From Escherichia phage momo, in the sequence record MN850580.1: 64,000 bases of DNA, one strand, 5' to 3'. This document shows, piece after piece, positions 18,076 through 29,066 of this stretch (within the stretch, counting starts at the first letter, position 1; each line of letters begins with the position of its first letter). A model generated the notes under the pieces. It saw only the letters and a list, made by a program, of their open reading frames with translations. It was not told the DNA's origin and ran no database searches. The position numbers and the translations under genes were made by a program.

Positions 18076-18522
18076 TTAAACACTTGACGCTGGAATTGTA
18101 GAAGTGTAGTCTAGCTTCTCACAACCAAAAATCCAAGTTTTAGAGTTCTGGTCACGACCAAGTTCAATCTGTGGTAATTCCTGCAACCAAGCATTAATAC
18201 CAGTTGCCAGAACAGAGCCTGATGGGTCGTAGATTACGAAGTTAGAAGAGATATCTTCTTCAAGTTCCATATTGTCTTGTTTAGCTTGAATTGCAGAAAG
18301 CATCTGGTTAGAGAGAGAAGTCTGCATTAGCTCAATCTCAATAGTACCTGTCTTGTCTGCATTTCGTGTCAGAGCAACCTGACCACCTGCACCAACAACT
18401 GGTGTCACAAGTGGTGATGTTCTCTGTAGACGCAAGAATGAGTCTGGAGCAAAGCCTTCAATAGCAATGCCGTTCCAGCTACATACAACGTCTTTAGGGG
18501 AATATTGCTGATACATAGCCAT
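18076..18522 (-). CDS. tail tube protein
   Basis: 148 aa immediately downstream of sheath gene, followed by terminator. Confidence 0.55.
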   Translation of the reverse strand: MAMYQQYSPKDVVCSWNGIAIEGFAPDSFLRLQRTSPLVTPVVGAGGQVALTRNADKTGTIEIELMQTSLSNQMLSAIQAKQDNMELEEDISSNFVIYDPSGSVLATGINAWLQELPQIELGRDQNSKTWIFGCEKLDYTSTIPASSV

Positions 18523-18537
18523 TCCAATTTACCTCTA

Positions 18538-19890
18538 TTATTCGTAAGCCACTGTACCTTTCAAGTCAACATCCAAGATAGCCCCTGCTAAGATACCTGC
18601 GAAGGTAACATCTTTCAGGATACGTGCTTTCTTGTCTGCTAAAGCAACTTGAGAGGCTTTAGGAACATTAACTGTGTAAGATGACAGGAAGTTTCTGTTG
18701 ACTGCTCTTTGCAGAGAGGTTTCAATGACTTGACGAATACGGGTAATACCAGTATCATCATAAGTAATCTTACCACCCTTCTGGTTAATTAGCAAGTCTC
18801 TCAGAGAAGTTTTCAGGTCTGATTCTAACCAGTCAACACCACGGACGATATCAATCCATTCCCCACCAGAAGTAATCCCTCTACGAACCACTGGAACACC
18901 ACCATCAAGGTCAATAAAGTTACAGTGACGTACATCTAAAGCAGACTTCTGAATACTTGTCAGAGGTCTCTGATTAGATGGTTGTAGAGAAGCTGCTACA
19001 CCAGTTAGCTGAGCATTACCCCAAGCAATTGAACCTGCATCATATGGAGCACCATAAGCAATGTATGCCATCTCTGGGTAATCTTCTGCTGCTGCGTGAT
19101 GCCACAAGCAAACTGTACGAGTGTACATATTCTTAGCAAGCTGTGCTGGAACATCATTTGCACTGGCTAATTCTGTACCTTGTAGGGCTGTTACATCAGA
19201 GTTAGCCGTAAAGAAGATTTTCTTACGAGCCTGAATCTCAGAAGCCATTGCTAAGACAAACTGTTGAGTTCTGTCTTCTGCTGCAATGAAATACCAGTCA
19301 GTAGAGTAAGCTTCGATAGCTGCCAGAGCAGTTGCTGCTGTATCAGCAGTTGTACTTGCAATATATACAGTCTGTGCTGTGGTTGTTACTTTCACAAAGT
19401 CATTATCACCAGCTTTGGTAATAATCATTGTGGCAGAGCCATTGCTACCAGTTACATTCACAGAAACCTTATCTTTGATTGTTGGGTCAGCTTCAATCTG
19501 TGTTTTAAACTGTTGCAACACTACCTCAGCAGTGTCTGAATCTTGTGCTGTGTACTGGTATGGTTGAGAAATTCCACCGCCAACAGCTACAGTAATTGAG
19601 TAGTCTGTACTTTCGGTAACGGCATCAGGAATTGATACAGTGTACTGCATAGCACGTCTACCAATATAAAGCTGAGTTACTTTAGGAGTCTGACTCCAAA
19701 GTTGTTTAGCAGCCTTATATGCAGCAGACCTCTCATCGAAATCTTCAGCAACTTCAGTTAAGGAAGTGTAACCACGCACTCTTTCTTCAAAGTTATCTGT
19801 TGAAGCTAAGAATAGTGGCAAACCAAAACCTTCTCTTGTAGTTCCTGCGGTGTTCAATGTAATATCTACATTAACAATTGGATTCCACAT
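18538..19890 (-). CDS. tail sheath protein
   Basis: 450 aa, position upstream of tube gene in contractile-tail module. Confidence 0.6.
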   Translation of the reverse strand: MWNPIVNVDITLNTAGTTREGFGLPLFLASTDNFEERVRGYTSLTEVAEDFDERSAAYKAAKQLWSQTPKVTQLYIGRRAMQYTVSIPDAVTESTDYSITVAVGGGISQPYQYTAQDSDTAEVVLQQFKTQIEADPTIKDKVSVNVTGSNGSATMIITKAGDNDFVKVTTTAQTVYIASTTADTAATALAAIEAYSTDWYFIAAEDRTQQFVLAMASEIQARKKIFFTANSDVTALQGTELASANDVPAQLAKNMYTRTVCLWHHAAAEDYPEMAYIAYGAPYDAGSIAWGNAQLTGVAASLQPSNQRPLTSIQKSALDVRHCNFIDLDGGVPVVRRGITSGGEWIDIVRGVDWLESDLKTSLRDLLINQKGGKITYDDTGITRIRQVIETSLQRAVNRNFLSSYTVNVPKASQVALADKKARILKDVTFAGILAGAILDVDLKGTVAYE

Positions 19891-20490
19891 TTATTTTACC
19901 CCTTTGGAGTCTACATCTAGATGGATAGTATATTCTGGTGGCTCTTGTCCTTCTTCATAAACCAACTCACCATCAACAATGACACGCTCAATAATACTTC
20001 CACGTTCATCCTTCAGGACTGAGTTTTTTACAAGAGTTACAACAAGAGGCGCAGAATTTTCGAAATCTGTATTGAGATAAGTGTAGTCATTCGGGATAGC
20101 TCCAGTGTCTAGTACTGTAGCTCCTGTTTCTTCAAGGATTAAATCTCTGACTGAACTCATCTCTAATCGTTGTTTAAGCTCAAGCATAATACTGTGAGCA
20201 CCTTTACCATTTACCGTAATCAATACAGGAATCTGAAAAGCAATTCTGTAGCAAACTACATCATCCTCAACAAACTTATCAAGAACCCAACCATAAGGTG
20301 TTGCAGCATCTTGACAATATACGGTGATAAATGGCTGGTCAGGTTTTAAACCTTTGTCATTTGAGTTATCAGAAGGGTAAGCTCTAATTACGTTTGGCCT
20401 ATTATTTTTATCACGAGCTAGTCTGTGACCAATAACATCCACTAAGGTTCTAACTAGACCTTTTTCAAGTTCTGCTGTTTCTAACTGCAT
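19891..20490 (-). CDS. tail completion/neck protein
   Basis: Position between head and tail modules. Confidence 0.4.
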   Translation of the reverse strand: MQLETAELEKGLVRTLVDVIGHRLARDKNNRPNVIRAYPSDNSNDKGLKPDQPFITVYCQDAATPYGWVLDKFVEDDVVCYRIAFQIPVLITVNGKGAHSIMLELKQRLEMSSVRDLILEETGATVLDTGAIPNDYTYLNTDFENSAPLVVTLVKNSVLKDERGSIIERVIVDGELVYEEGQEPPEYTIHLDVDSKGVK

Positions 20491-20866
20491 TCATTTTATC
20501 CCTTCTAATAATGATATATTCATAATGGGACGTATGGGCTAATTGCTGTGACCAATCCATAGTCATAAATACTTCATACTCATGACCATCAATCATAACA
20601 ATATCAGACTCATTCCACTCTACATCATCTGAAGTTCTAAGTTTATATGTGGTATACAGGATTCTTGTATCGGTAAGCCTGATACCTTCCGGTAAAGCAA
20701 TCTGTGTACCATTCTTTACAGAACCTTTGATATATGGCTGGATATTACCTTTGCAGTTAACCTCTACAATATCTTGTGAAGCTACCCAATCACCATCATC
20801 ATTATAATAACCATCTTCAGAGACTTTACGCTTTACTACAAAGCTGTGTCTGTTTAAGAGTCTCAT
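20465..20866 (-). CDS. head-tail joining protein
   Basis: Position. Confidence 0.4.
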   Translation of the reverse strand: MRLLNRHSFVVKRKVSEDGYYNDDGDWVASQDIVEVNCKGNIQPYIKGSVKNGTQIALPEGIRLTDTRILYTTYKLRTSDDVEWNESDIVMIDGHEYEVFMTMDWSQQLAHTSHYEYIIIRRDKMNAVRNSRT

Positions 20867-21345
20867 TTCTTAATACCCTTCTTAGTAGAAATTTTATAAG
20901 CAAGGTTATCTCTTAAGTCACCTGTCTCAACAAGAGGTGCGTTAAAGCCTTTTTTCTTGACTGTGGAAGGTGCGTTAGGAGGGAGGATAGCAGAATTACC
21001 AAAGCCCCTTTTAATTGCCTTTTGAGCATTCTTTGCAAATGCTTCTAAGGTGTCTGAAGGGTCTGTGTTGAGACTGCTAAGTTGCTTATATAGATTCTTC
21101 TTAGTCTGCTCTAACAAGGTCTGTTTGTTTAGCATCATAGTGATTTCAAACAACCTACGATATACTTTACCAGAAGCTGAAGGAACCCCAATAACTTCTT
21201 GTAAATACATTAAAGCAGGATAAGAAAAACCAGAGCTATGTTGACCTTGTTCTTGAAAATACCCAACTTGAGCATTAGCCGTTTGCAAGTTCTTCATAGC
21301 CCCGACTAATTTTGCTCTAGCGGGGTGAATAACCCTTTTAACCAT
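20863..21345 (-). CDS. head-tail joining protein
   Basis: Position. Confidence 0.4.
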   Translation of the reverse strand: MVKRVIHPARAKLVGAMKNLQTANAQVGYFQEQGQHSSGFSYPALMYLQEVIGVPSASGKVYRRLFEITMMLNKQTLLEQTKKNLYKQLSSLNTDPSDTLEAFAKNAQKAIKRGFGNSAILPPNAPSTVKKKGFNAPLVETGDLRDNLAYKISTKKGIKK

Positions 21346-21794
21346 TATTCATCTCGCTCGATAATAAATACGCCATTAACACGGTTGCAGTAATCTCTGC
21401 CTTCGTATCTGGCAGCGTCACCATATTCTGTGTATTTCTTGACAGAGCAAGGATTCTGACGACGCATGTCAATATCACACTGATTAATACCACCTGCATA
21501 GGGTAGTCCTGAAACAGAGCTTTTAACAAGGTCGTCATAAACAGCTTTCAGAGACTTGAATCTGGAAGAGTTACGTAAATAAACACCACCAACCTTCTCA
21601 TCTCCCATCTTGGCTACTTGAAAGAGTAAATATTTAAGAGCTTTGATGGCTGCTTTCTTTTCATCCTTTCCAGATTCTAGATAGAACCACTCTAGCACAG
21701 ACTGCTCAATAAGAATTTCATCATTATTGGTGTCTGTGCAGAGGATTCTTACTCTATCAAGAGGGTTATTGGCTGGGTCGCCTGTATAACACAT
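21345..21794 (-). CDS. head-tail connector/adaptor protein
   Basis: Position directly downstream of capsid gene. Confidence 0.4.
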   Translation of the reverse strand: MCYTGDPANNPLDRVRILCTDTNNDEILIEQSVLEWFYLESGKDEKKAAIKALKYLLFQVAKMGDEKVGGVYLRNSSRFKSLKAVYDDLVKSSVSGLPYAGGINQCDIDMRRQNPCSVKKYTEYGDAARYEGRDYCNRVNGVFIIERDE

Positions 21795-21815
21795 TCATAA
21801 CCCTCCTTAAGAATA

Positions 21816-22925
21816 TTATTCTTGAGCGTCAGAACGAACATCTACCAGCAACTGAGGACGTGTGCAGTATGGCAGCATGTAAGAGTGAGCTTCAAAGTCA
21901 ATACCTTCGTCACGGTCTTTTTCGTATTCGAATACGTACAGTTCCTGACCCAGAGTATTTGCATAACCCATCTTAGGACATGGGCCATATGCCACTTCGA
22001 AGATGTTGTTTGCTTCACCCAGCATAGAAACGTTAGGGAAAGCATGACCTACACCTACAGTTCCATCCTGAGTAACACCATCAATACTAACCAGAGTATG
22101 AACCTTACCACGCTTGTCTTTGAACTTACCGTTGTACTGGACAAACTTAACACCACCGTAGTAGAAAGTGTTCATATGAGCCTGAACGCCGTCAGCACCA
22201 CCAGTTCTCAGAGAACCAGTAATCTGTTGCCAAGCCAGTGGAGTCTGCTGTGCAAGATAAGCGTCACGAATCTTAGGGTGCTTAACCAGTTTGCTGAAGA
22301 ATACACGGTCAACAACTACGTGAATTTCTTCACCGTTGATTACAGTGCCAGTCTTAGCTTCGTCTTCCATGTGCATACGCAGTTCTTCAATAGCAGCATC
22401 GATGTCAGCATTAGGGTTGTCAAGGTCGAAGTAAATAGTCTTCTTCTCAACGTCGAACTGCTTGTACAGGTCAGCATACAGAGTACCACGAGCATCAACA
22501 ACTTTACCCTTCAGAGCTTGCATAAACAAGAACTCACGAGTAATATCGAACTTGGTACGAATCTTCATCAGCTTCTTAGCACGTACTACAGCTTCAGTAG
22601 TCAGTTCGTTTGCAGTGCCTGGCTGACGTACACCCTGAATCTCATCAGGAGTAATGCTTTCAACTTCTTTGAAGTACATCATTGGGAAGCTGATTTGACG
22701 AACACGCTCAGGTGCGCTAGTCTCTGCTTTACGGCTATCACGGTCTACCGCATCAAGCAAGCTAACATCCCAATCAGTCAAGTCCATAAGGAAAGTAGTT
22801 TGGGTGATTGGTGCTGAACGGAACAGACCTAAGTTGGAAATATACCCATAAGTATTAGGGATAGACTGGACTTCACCAGTCAGGTCAGCAAGGAAAAATC
22901 TGCTTTTTTCAGAATTAGTCAACAT
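21816..22925 (-). CDS. major capsid protein
   Basis: 369 aa, downstream of protease/scaffold and decoration-like gene. Confidence 0.7.
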   Translation of the reverse strand: MLTNSEKSRFFLADLTGEVQSIPNTYGYISNLGLFRSAPITQTTFLMDLTDWDVSLLDAVDRDSRKAETSAPERVRQISFPMMYFKEVESITPDEIQGVRQPGTANELTTEAVVRAKKLMKIRTKFDITREFLFMQALKGKVVDARGTLYADLYKQFDVEKKTIYFDLDNPNADIDAAIEELRMHMEDEAKTGTVINGEEIHVVVDRVFFSKLVKHPKIRDAYLAQQTPLAWQQITGSLRTGGADGVQAHMNTFYYGGVKFVQYNGKFKDKRGKVHTLVSIDGVTQDGTVGVGHAFPNVSMLGEANNIFEVAYGPCPKMGYANTLGQELYVFEYEKDRDEGIDFEAHSYMLPYCTRPQLLVDVRSDAQE

Positions 22926-22958
22926 TGTAAAATTCTCCAGAATGTCTTATTATTGTTA

Positions 22959-23336
22959 TTACAGGCCAGTTGGTACGAAATCAATACCTTTAGCAGCCAG
23001 AGCTTTCTTGACTTCAGTAGCATCAACGCTTGATTCAAGAGTTAGCAGGTCTTTCAGTTCTGCATCACGGTGGATACCTACCACTTTCAACTGACCATGA
23101 TAAGACAGTTGCAGGTCTGCGTAGAAATTAACGATACATACAGAGTCTGCTTGGGCTTCTTCTCCAGCTTGTACCTTAGTACCATCTGCTTTCAGAACTT
23201 CACCTACGCGGTATTCTGTTGGAGCAACTGGAGTGTACTCTTTACGAGAGTGGCCTGTTGGTGTAATCTGTTCCCAAAGAATGATATCATTCAGAGGTTC
23301 TCTGTTACCTAACTTAGTAAAACCTTGATATGCCAT
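22959..23336 (-). CDS. head decoration-like protein
   Basis: 125 aa between protease/scaffold and capsid genes. Confidence 0.4.
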   Translation of the reverse strand: MAYQGFTKLGNREPLNDIILWEQITPTGHSRKEYTPVAPTEYRVGEVLKADGTKVQAGEEAQADSVCIVNFYADLQLSYHGQLKVVGIHRDAELKDLLTLESSVDATEVKKALAAKGIDFVPTGL

Positions 23337-23347
23337 TATTGTGTTCC

Positions 23348-24694
23348 TTATTTGATAAGAGATTTTAGAGCATTCTGGAGAGCCAGTTTGCGTTGTTCAG
23401 CGGTGTCTTCGGAAGCATTCTTAGCTGGTTCTTTTTCTTCTTCAACCAAATCAGCTTCGCCGTCATTACCCATTTCTTCCATAGCATTAGAATGTTCAAG
23501 AACAGCACCAGCAGTTTCTTTCAGCTTGGTAATTTCTGATTCTTTTTCTTCCATTGCAGAAGCATGGGACGCGATAGTTTCATTAAGTTTCTGGTTAGCA
23601 CCTTCCATAGCATTCATAAACAGAACACTCAGAGGGTTATCAAGACCAGCACCTAAAATAGTCGTTGCAGCTTCTTTTGCATCAAATCCAAAAGCTTCAG
23701 CAGAAGCAGAAATCTTATTAGTCAAATCTGACAAAGCAGCTTCCTGTTCTTTAGCTTTCATTTGAGCAACCTGAAGACGCAAAGCTTCTAGTTCTTGCTT
23801 TTCTTGTTCAGTCATTTCTTCACCTGAATTGTTAACGTTTAAACTTACAGGAGCCTCTTCAGAACCTTGTAAGTAATTTAAGAAATCATCTTGAGACATG
23901 ATTGAGTTAATTAAACCAAGTTCAAGAGCTTCCTGAGCAGAATAAACATTCGCCTCAGTATTCTTTACAGCTTCTTCAGAGAGATTACGAGATTCAGCTA
24001 CAAAACCTGTAAAGGTTGCGTAGGTATCATTAATTCTCTTTTGAAGTCTTTCTTTGCTTTCTTCTGAAAGTGCTTGGAATGGTGAACCCATACCTTTAAA
24101 CTCACCAGCCTTGATGACGTTAATTGTTACGCCATTCTTTTCAAATGCTTTAGTTAATTCCTGATGAACCATAATTACACCAATAGAACCAACATCTGCA
24201 TCTGGTGATGCAATAATTTCTTCAGCAGAAGATGCAAGAGCGTATGCAGCGGAACAAGCGAACTCATCTACATAAGCAATAATTTTCTTTTGGCCTCTTG
24301 AAGCCATGATGTGACGTGCTAATTCAAAGCAACCTGAAGCTTCACCGCCACCAGAATCAATGTGCAGAACAATAGTCTTGATTGACTCATCTGCTAAAGC
24401 TTCGTCAAAGCCTCTACGCAAACCTTCATAAGAGCTTAATCCACCTGTACACATTGCATCAATGAATGTCATACGATGGGTTAAACCGCCCATAATAGGG
24501 ATAATAGCAATGTCATCTTTCACTTTTAAAAGACTTCTTGCTTCACCTTTGGGTTTATCAAAGTTTACTGCTGCTTGGACATCACCCAGCAATCTGTTAT
24601 TCACATAAGTTGCTGCTGAGTGAGCTAATGATTCAGTGGCTAGTAAAGGTTGGTTGAATAATCTATCAGCAAGTCTGAAGATATTCGAACTCAT
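23348..24694 (-). CDS. prohead serine protease (S49/ClpP-like) fused to scaffold-like C-terminal domain
   Basis: N-terminal GGxxSGCFELARHI-type S49 peptidase region; C-terminal charged, helical scaffold-like region. Confidence 0.7.
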   Translation of the reverse strand: MSSNIFRLADRLFNQPLLATESLAHSAATYVNNRLLGDVQAAVNFDKPKGEARSLLKVKDDIAIIPIMGGLTHRMTFIDAMCTGGLSSYEGLRRGFDEALADESIKTIVLHIDSGGGEASGCFELARHIMASRGQKKIIAYVDEFACSAAYALASSAEEIIASPDADVGSIGVIMVHQELTKAFEKNGVTINVIKAGEFKGMGSPFQALSEESKERLQKRINDTYATFTGFVAESRNLSEEAVKNTEANVYSAQEALELGLINSIMSQDDFLNYLQGSEEAPVSLNVNNSGEEMTEQEKQELEALRLQVAQMKAKEQEAALSDLTNKISASAEAFGFDAKEAATTILGAGLDNPLSVLFMNAMEGANQKLNETIASHASAMEEKESEITKLKETAGAVLEHSNAMEEMGNDGEADLVEEEKEPAKNASEDTAEQRKLALQNALKSLIK

Positions 24695-24705
24695 TTTTAC
24701 TCACC

Positions 24706-25038
24706 CTATTTGTTTAAATCTACAGAGACTGAAGAGATAACATAGATACCTTCTTCAGCAAAGAATTGAGGTTTGCTAAGAGCACCAGTTGCCACGCATT
24801 TATCGTTAGCATCCCACAAGCTATAGTGTGAGACCGTTGCAGAAGCTGGGACAGTAATGTTAACTGTGTCTTCTGAGGCAATTAAGCCATTATCCGGTTC
24901 AGAAAAATAAATAGCCACTGGCTGAGTAACCTTATTTGCTGTAGGGTCTGCCGTTGGGTCTACATTGTGTAAAATAATAGTCGTTGGGGTTAGCGTGGCG
25001 AGGATTTTATTCTTACCATCAATAGTTAATGTTCCCAT
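24706..25038 (-). CDS. hypothetical head-module protein
   Basis: Position. Confidence 0.4.
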   Translation of the reverse strand: MGTLTIDGKNKILATLTPTTIILHNVDPTADPTANKVTQPVAIYFSEPDNGLIASEDTVNITVPASATVSHYSLWDANDKCVATGALSKPQFFAEEGIYVISSVSVDLNK

Positions 25039-25538
25039 TAATTAAACCTTACTTTTTGTTTAAGGGCTGTTGAATGGTTACCAGATTCATCTACCACATT
25101 TACAATCATATCATATACTTTGCCTTTGACAAGTACTTTGTAATCATTTTGTGAAAAAATGTATTCAAGTCTGTTTGTTTCTTTATTAACTGTCATTGGA
25201 GATTGAAATGCAGTGTCGAGGGTAATGAAAGCGGCTTCAATGCTATTAACATTGATACGTTTATTCTCGCAGTTATATAACTTTACACCCAAAAGGCATG
25301 AACTGTCAAATGGAATTTTAACAATTTCACTACAATTTCCTGAAATAAACGGTTTTCCACTCATTGGTGCATCAAGTAACCTACAAATAGTGAAAACGTC
25401 AGAGGCTCCACCATCACTTACATAACCTGAAAGGCTAACCCTTGAGCCAGCCTCTACAGATAATTTGTCAGTGATAATAAGAACACCTCTATACGAATGC
25501 ACTCGTGTAGCATTTGAAATAGAGATAACTTCAGCCAT
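25038..25538 (-). CDS. hypothetical head-module protein
   Basis: Position. Confidence 0.4.
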   Translation of the reverse strand: MAEVISISNATRVHSYRGVLIITDKLSVEAGSRVSLSGYVSDGGASDVFTICRLLDAPMSGKPFISGNCSEIVKIPFDSSCLLGVKLYNCENKRINVNSIEAAFITLDTAFQSPMTVNKETNRLEYIFSQNDYKVLVKGKVYDMIVNVVDESGNHSTALKQKVRFN

Positions 25539-27013
25539 TATTTATTTGCCTTATTTGCTGTGCTTGGGTCTTTCGCTGAAGGTGTCTTTGCAGTACCTTC
25601 TCCAGCAGTCTTATAACCATCTCCTGAACGGCTTTGGCTATTTGGAGAAAGCTTTTCAGATACTGGTTGAGACTCATCAGCAGGAGGAAGACCAATATGC
25701 TCTCTAAGCTTGTTAGATAGCTCTTTGTCAACTTCCAAAGCACCTACTGCAACAGTCTTCTGGATATAAGAACCAATTGCTTCAAGGTCTGGAGTTTCGA
25801 TATCATCATATGTGATTTGTACATGTTCTTCATCGTCCCACATATTAAGAGCATAAGTCTGTGCAACTAAATCACGGTTAATTACGTTCTTAATTTGCTT
25901 CAGCAGAATATCTACTGACATTGCTAATAAGCTTGTCTTAGAATCTGCAAGAGAGAATGAACCATATTTTGACTGACCCATAGCAAGAACATCTGACATA
26001 AATGCCATCATAATCTGCTTGGAATATCTGTCAATAATAGAACCTGTGTCGTATGCTTTAGCACCCTGTCTAGAAACTAATGAGAACTCGAAAATATCCT
26101 CTTTAGTATCTGGGTCGATATATCTAGGCCAGATTAAACCTGCTCTGTCATTTGCAATCATATCATTAACAACAGTTTTGCAGTATTGTACGAAAGCTTT
26201 CTTTTCAGGTTCTGCATTTTCATCCAGATAGTCCGGTGGTAAACCAATCTTTGGCATACCAACCAAGTCTCTTGAAACACCAACAGCTTCATACTCTTCA
26301 ATCTGTACTTTATACTTCCACGGCACATAAGCATTAAGTAATGGTGAACGACCTTCTGGGTTTCCATATTCATCGTCATACTTAAACAGCATGAATTTAG
26401 CTCGTGGAAGTTTTCTTGTCAGTGGTCTTTCTCCGAGATTAATTGCTCCAGCAATATGTGAAACATTTCTCAGATTCTGTCTAACACCAGTAACTTTTCT
26501 AAAGTCTTCGTCAAAGTACCACTTATCAAGCGTTGACTGGTTTCTGATTGGCAATTTAGCCCATCCGATTAAACCATCATCGAATTTTGATTGGTACTTC
26601 CCTTTCTTACCCTGACGCTTCTTATAAACTTTTTCGTTAACACAGAATCCATAAGTGCAGAATGACATTACAGAGTTAATAAAATCTGCCCAATCATGCT
26701 CCATGTCATCCATTAAAGAATTAAAGAAGTCTGCTCTTTCAAGCATTTTAGGGTCTTGCTCTTTTCCCTTTGGAGGTACGAATCTCCAGTTGACTTTTCT
26801 GACAAACATCTTAATAATATTTACAGATGCTGCTACAGCAGGGTCACGCATCATTAATTGGAAAGTTTTAATACTTTCAGGGAACCTTAGTGCCTGACGA
26901 GGTTCTTCATAGATTCTTCCATTCTTAACCTTCAGACCCAAAGAACCTACTTCACCCATTCTAAATGGTGGTAAGCTTTCTTGTGTTTCTGTAATATCTG
27001 CCATTCTTCTCAC
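25538..27013 (-). CDS. portal protein
   Basis: 491 aa directly downstream of large terminase, acidic C-terminus. Confidence 0.65.
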   Translation of the reverse strand: MRRMADITETQESLPPFRMGEVGSLGLKVKNGRIYEEPRQALRFPESIKTFQLMMRDPAVAASVNIIKMFVRKVNWRFVPPKGKEQDPKMLERADFFNSLMDDMEHDWADFINSVMSFCTYGFCVNEKVYKKRQGKKGKYQSKFDDGLIGWAKLPIRNQSTLDKWYFDEDFRKVTGVRQNLRNVSHIAGAINLGERPLTRKLPRAKFMLFKYDDEYGNPEGRSPLLNAYVPWKYKVQIEEYEAVGVSRDLVGMPKIGLPPDYLDENAEPEKKAFVQYCKTVVNDMIANDRAGLIWPRYIDPDTKEDIFEFSLVSRQGAKAYDTGSIIDRYSKQIMMAFMSDVLAMGQSKYGSFSLADSKTSLLAMSVDILLKQIKNVINRDLVAQTYALNMWDDEEHVQITYDDIETPDLEAIGSYIQKTVAVGALEVDKELSNKLREHIGLPPADESQPVSEKLSPNSQSRSGDGYKTAGEGTAKTPSAKDPSTANKANK

Positions 27014-27020
27014 CTAGCTA

Positions 27021-28637
27021 TCAACGTCTAAGCCCCTCATATGGGTTTCCTCTCACTAAGTCTGTGTGAGCACCCATTGATGGTGGCTTGAATAATTTAA
27101 CTTCGTTAAGACTGTTGAAAGCATCACTGGTAGCATCCACTTGGTCATCTTTAGTTTTGCCATCACCACAAAAGCCTTCAAGCTCTTGGAAATAAGCTTC
27201 GTTCCAACTACCTCTCAAAACTTTTACAAGTCCAGCTTCAGAAGCAGCAGAAAACCCCGCAAAGCGGGTAACTTTATCTTTATTTGTTGGTTTGGCTCTT
27301 GCTCGATAACCTTTCTCGGCAAGTTTCCTGATGAGGGATGTTGCGTAGGATTTACCAGCAGCGCCTGGGTCTTGAGGGATAAAAATACCAGTTCGCTTAC
27401 CGTCACTTTCAGCAGTCAAATTAATTTGTGTTTCGACTCCAGAGGGTCTATCTCTAAATCTTACTACATCAATGATATAATAGCAACCGTCTTTTTTAGA
27501 TTTACCCATCTTAACACCTGCTGTCCAGTCTGGATTAGGGTTAATTTCAGATGGTAAAGTTGCTGCTAAGTCCCATGCCCTAACATCAAATACATCCTCT
27601 GGGAGTGAATCAACAATTTCACACCATTGTCTTTGCCAATAGTTTGAACCTTCTGCACGAGCCTTCCAGTTACCGAAACGAAGTCTTGCAACGTTTACAG
27701 GGGTGTTGTTTTCCAACTTACCGCGATACTTTGGTTCTAAGAAGTCAAGAATTGGGTTATCATCAATCGTACCAGAGATGAAGGTGTATGTTTGAGGAAT
27801 CTCAAGAGGGAACATTTCAAGAATCTTGTCTCTCTCCCAATCAGAAACCATCACACCATCATTCATTACATACCAACGAATACGACCACACTTTTCAGGG
27901 TCTGGATAACCTTCTTCATCTAAGAATGGTTCTACCCAATCATAAATAAAGTGGTCTCTGTCTGGGTTCATGGAAATCTTCATGTATGAATCACCTTCAG
28001 CACCAGAACGTAGACGGGTTTGTAGGTATGAAATCTGTGAAGCAGAGAAGTGTGTACCTTCGTCAAAGTAAATAGCTGAGTATTCAATACCCTGATGACC
28101 TTCAGCGTGCTTTTCAAGTTCTAGGTAGGTAAACTTGATAGTCGCCCCAGAAGGGAATGTGATAGTCATTTTCTGCTCGTGAGGAATCCCACCAAACTTA
28201 CCAAATAGTTTCTTTGCAGCAGGCCATAAACCACCTTGTAACTGTGTTGTATTTCGACGGAAATATACAGCATTATAGTTAGGGTCTTCAATAAATCTTA
28301 AAGAGTCCATTAACAATGCAGCAGTTTTACCAGCACCAGCAGCACCACCATAAAGAACCAAGTCAGCATTAGTGTTTAAAAAGACCTCTTGAGAACCCGG
28401 TTGAGGGGCTACATAGTTCTTATCAGTCATCAATTTAAAGATAAGGCGAACTTGGTCTGGTGTGTATCTTAATAAAGTCAGAATTTGAGTTGGAAGGAAT
28501 TTAGAGGGGTCTTTACCGAATGATTTGATAATTTCTTTTACTTCATCAGAAAGCCCCAACTCTCCAGCTAGGACTTTCCTAACATCTTCCACTCGCTTCT
28601 GCTTAACAGCATTTAAGTCCATTAAGCACCTCCGCAA
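27021..28637 (-). CDS. terminase large subunit
   Basis: Walker A LYGGAAGAGKT, ATPase then nuclease-type C-terminal half, 538 aa. Confidence 0.85.
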   Translation of the reverse strand: MRRCLMDLNAVKQKRVEDVRKVLAGELGLSDEVKEIIKSFGKDPSKFLPTQILTLLRYTPDQVRLIFKLMTDKNYVAPQPGSQEVFLNTNADLVLYGGAAGAGKTAALLMDSLRFIEDPNYNAVYFRRNTTQLQGGLWPAAKKLFGKFGGIPHEQKMTITFPSGATIKFTYLELEKHAEGHQGIEYSAIYFDEGTHFSASQISYLQTRLRSGAEGDSYMKISMNPDRDHFIYDWVEPFLDEEGYPDPEKCGRIRWYVMNDGVMVSDWERDKILEMFPLEIPQTYTFISGTIDDNPILDFLEPKYRGKLENNTPVNVARLRFGNWKARAEGSNYWQRQWCEIVDSLPEDVFDVRAWDLAATLPSEINPNPDWTAGVKMGKSKKDGCYYIIDVVRFRDRPSGVETQINLTAESDGKRTGIFIPQDPGAAGKSYATSLIRKLAEKGYRARAKPTNKDKVTRFAGFSAASEAGLVKVLRGSWNEAYFQELEGFCGDGKTKDDQVDATSDAFNSLNEVKLFKPPSMGAHTDLVRGNPYEGLRR

Positions 28638-28643
28638 ATAGAA

Positions 28644-28844
28644 TTATTCAGAGTCTGTAGCAGTCTCTTCTTTCTTAACTTCGAACTTTGCATCAACAGC
28701 ATCAAGAAGTGCATCCATAGAGGCTTCTTTGATATCAATACCTGTTGCTACAGATAATCTATCTGCAATTGCCATGATAGTGTTCTGCATAAATTCTAGC
28801 TTTTTGTTAGCTTCATAAAGTTCTTTATAAACGGTCTCACTCAT
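28644..28844 (-). CDS. small hypothetical protein upstream of terminase
   Basis: 66-aa ORF with GGAG RBS. Confidence 0.4.
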   Translation of the reverse strand: MSETVYKELYEANKKLEFMQNTIMAIADRLSVATGIDIKEASMDALLDAVDAKFEVKKEETATDSE

Positions 28845-28877
28845 TATGTTTTCTCCAAATAATTAACCATGTTTCTC

Positions 28878-28905
28878 CTTAAAAAAGACGGCACAGAGAC
28901 CGTCA
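28878..28905 (-). terminator. rho-independent terminator ending the tRNA transcription unit
   Basis: gacgg-loop-ccgtc hairpin followed by TTTTTT on minus strand. Confidence 0.55.
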
Positions 28906-29066
28906 AGGAGAAACCACAATGTACGTCAGAGACATACTGTATAAGCCTTCTTATAAAGTATAACTCTGTAAAAAAGCCCTGTCTAAAAATACTCTTCGGT
29001 AGCGAAAGGAAGAATACTTATAGCAGGGCATTATTATTATTTTAATTGAGAGAGAGTAAAATAACT

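Noticed and set aside
21822-22817. 331-aa + strand ORF
   Set aside because: Lies entirely antisense within the well-supported major capsid gene; low-complexity translation; typical shadow ORF.
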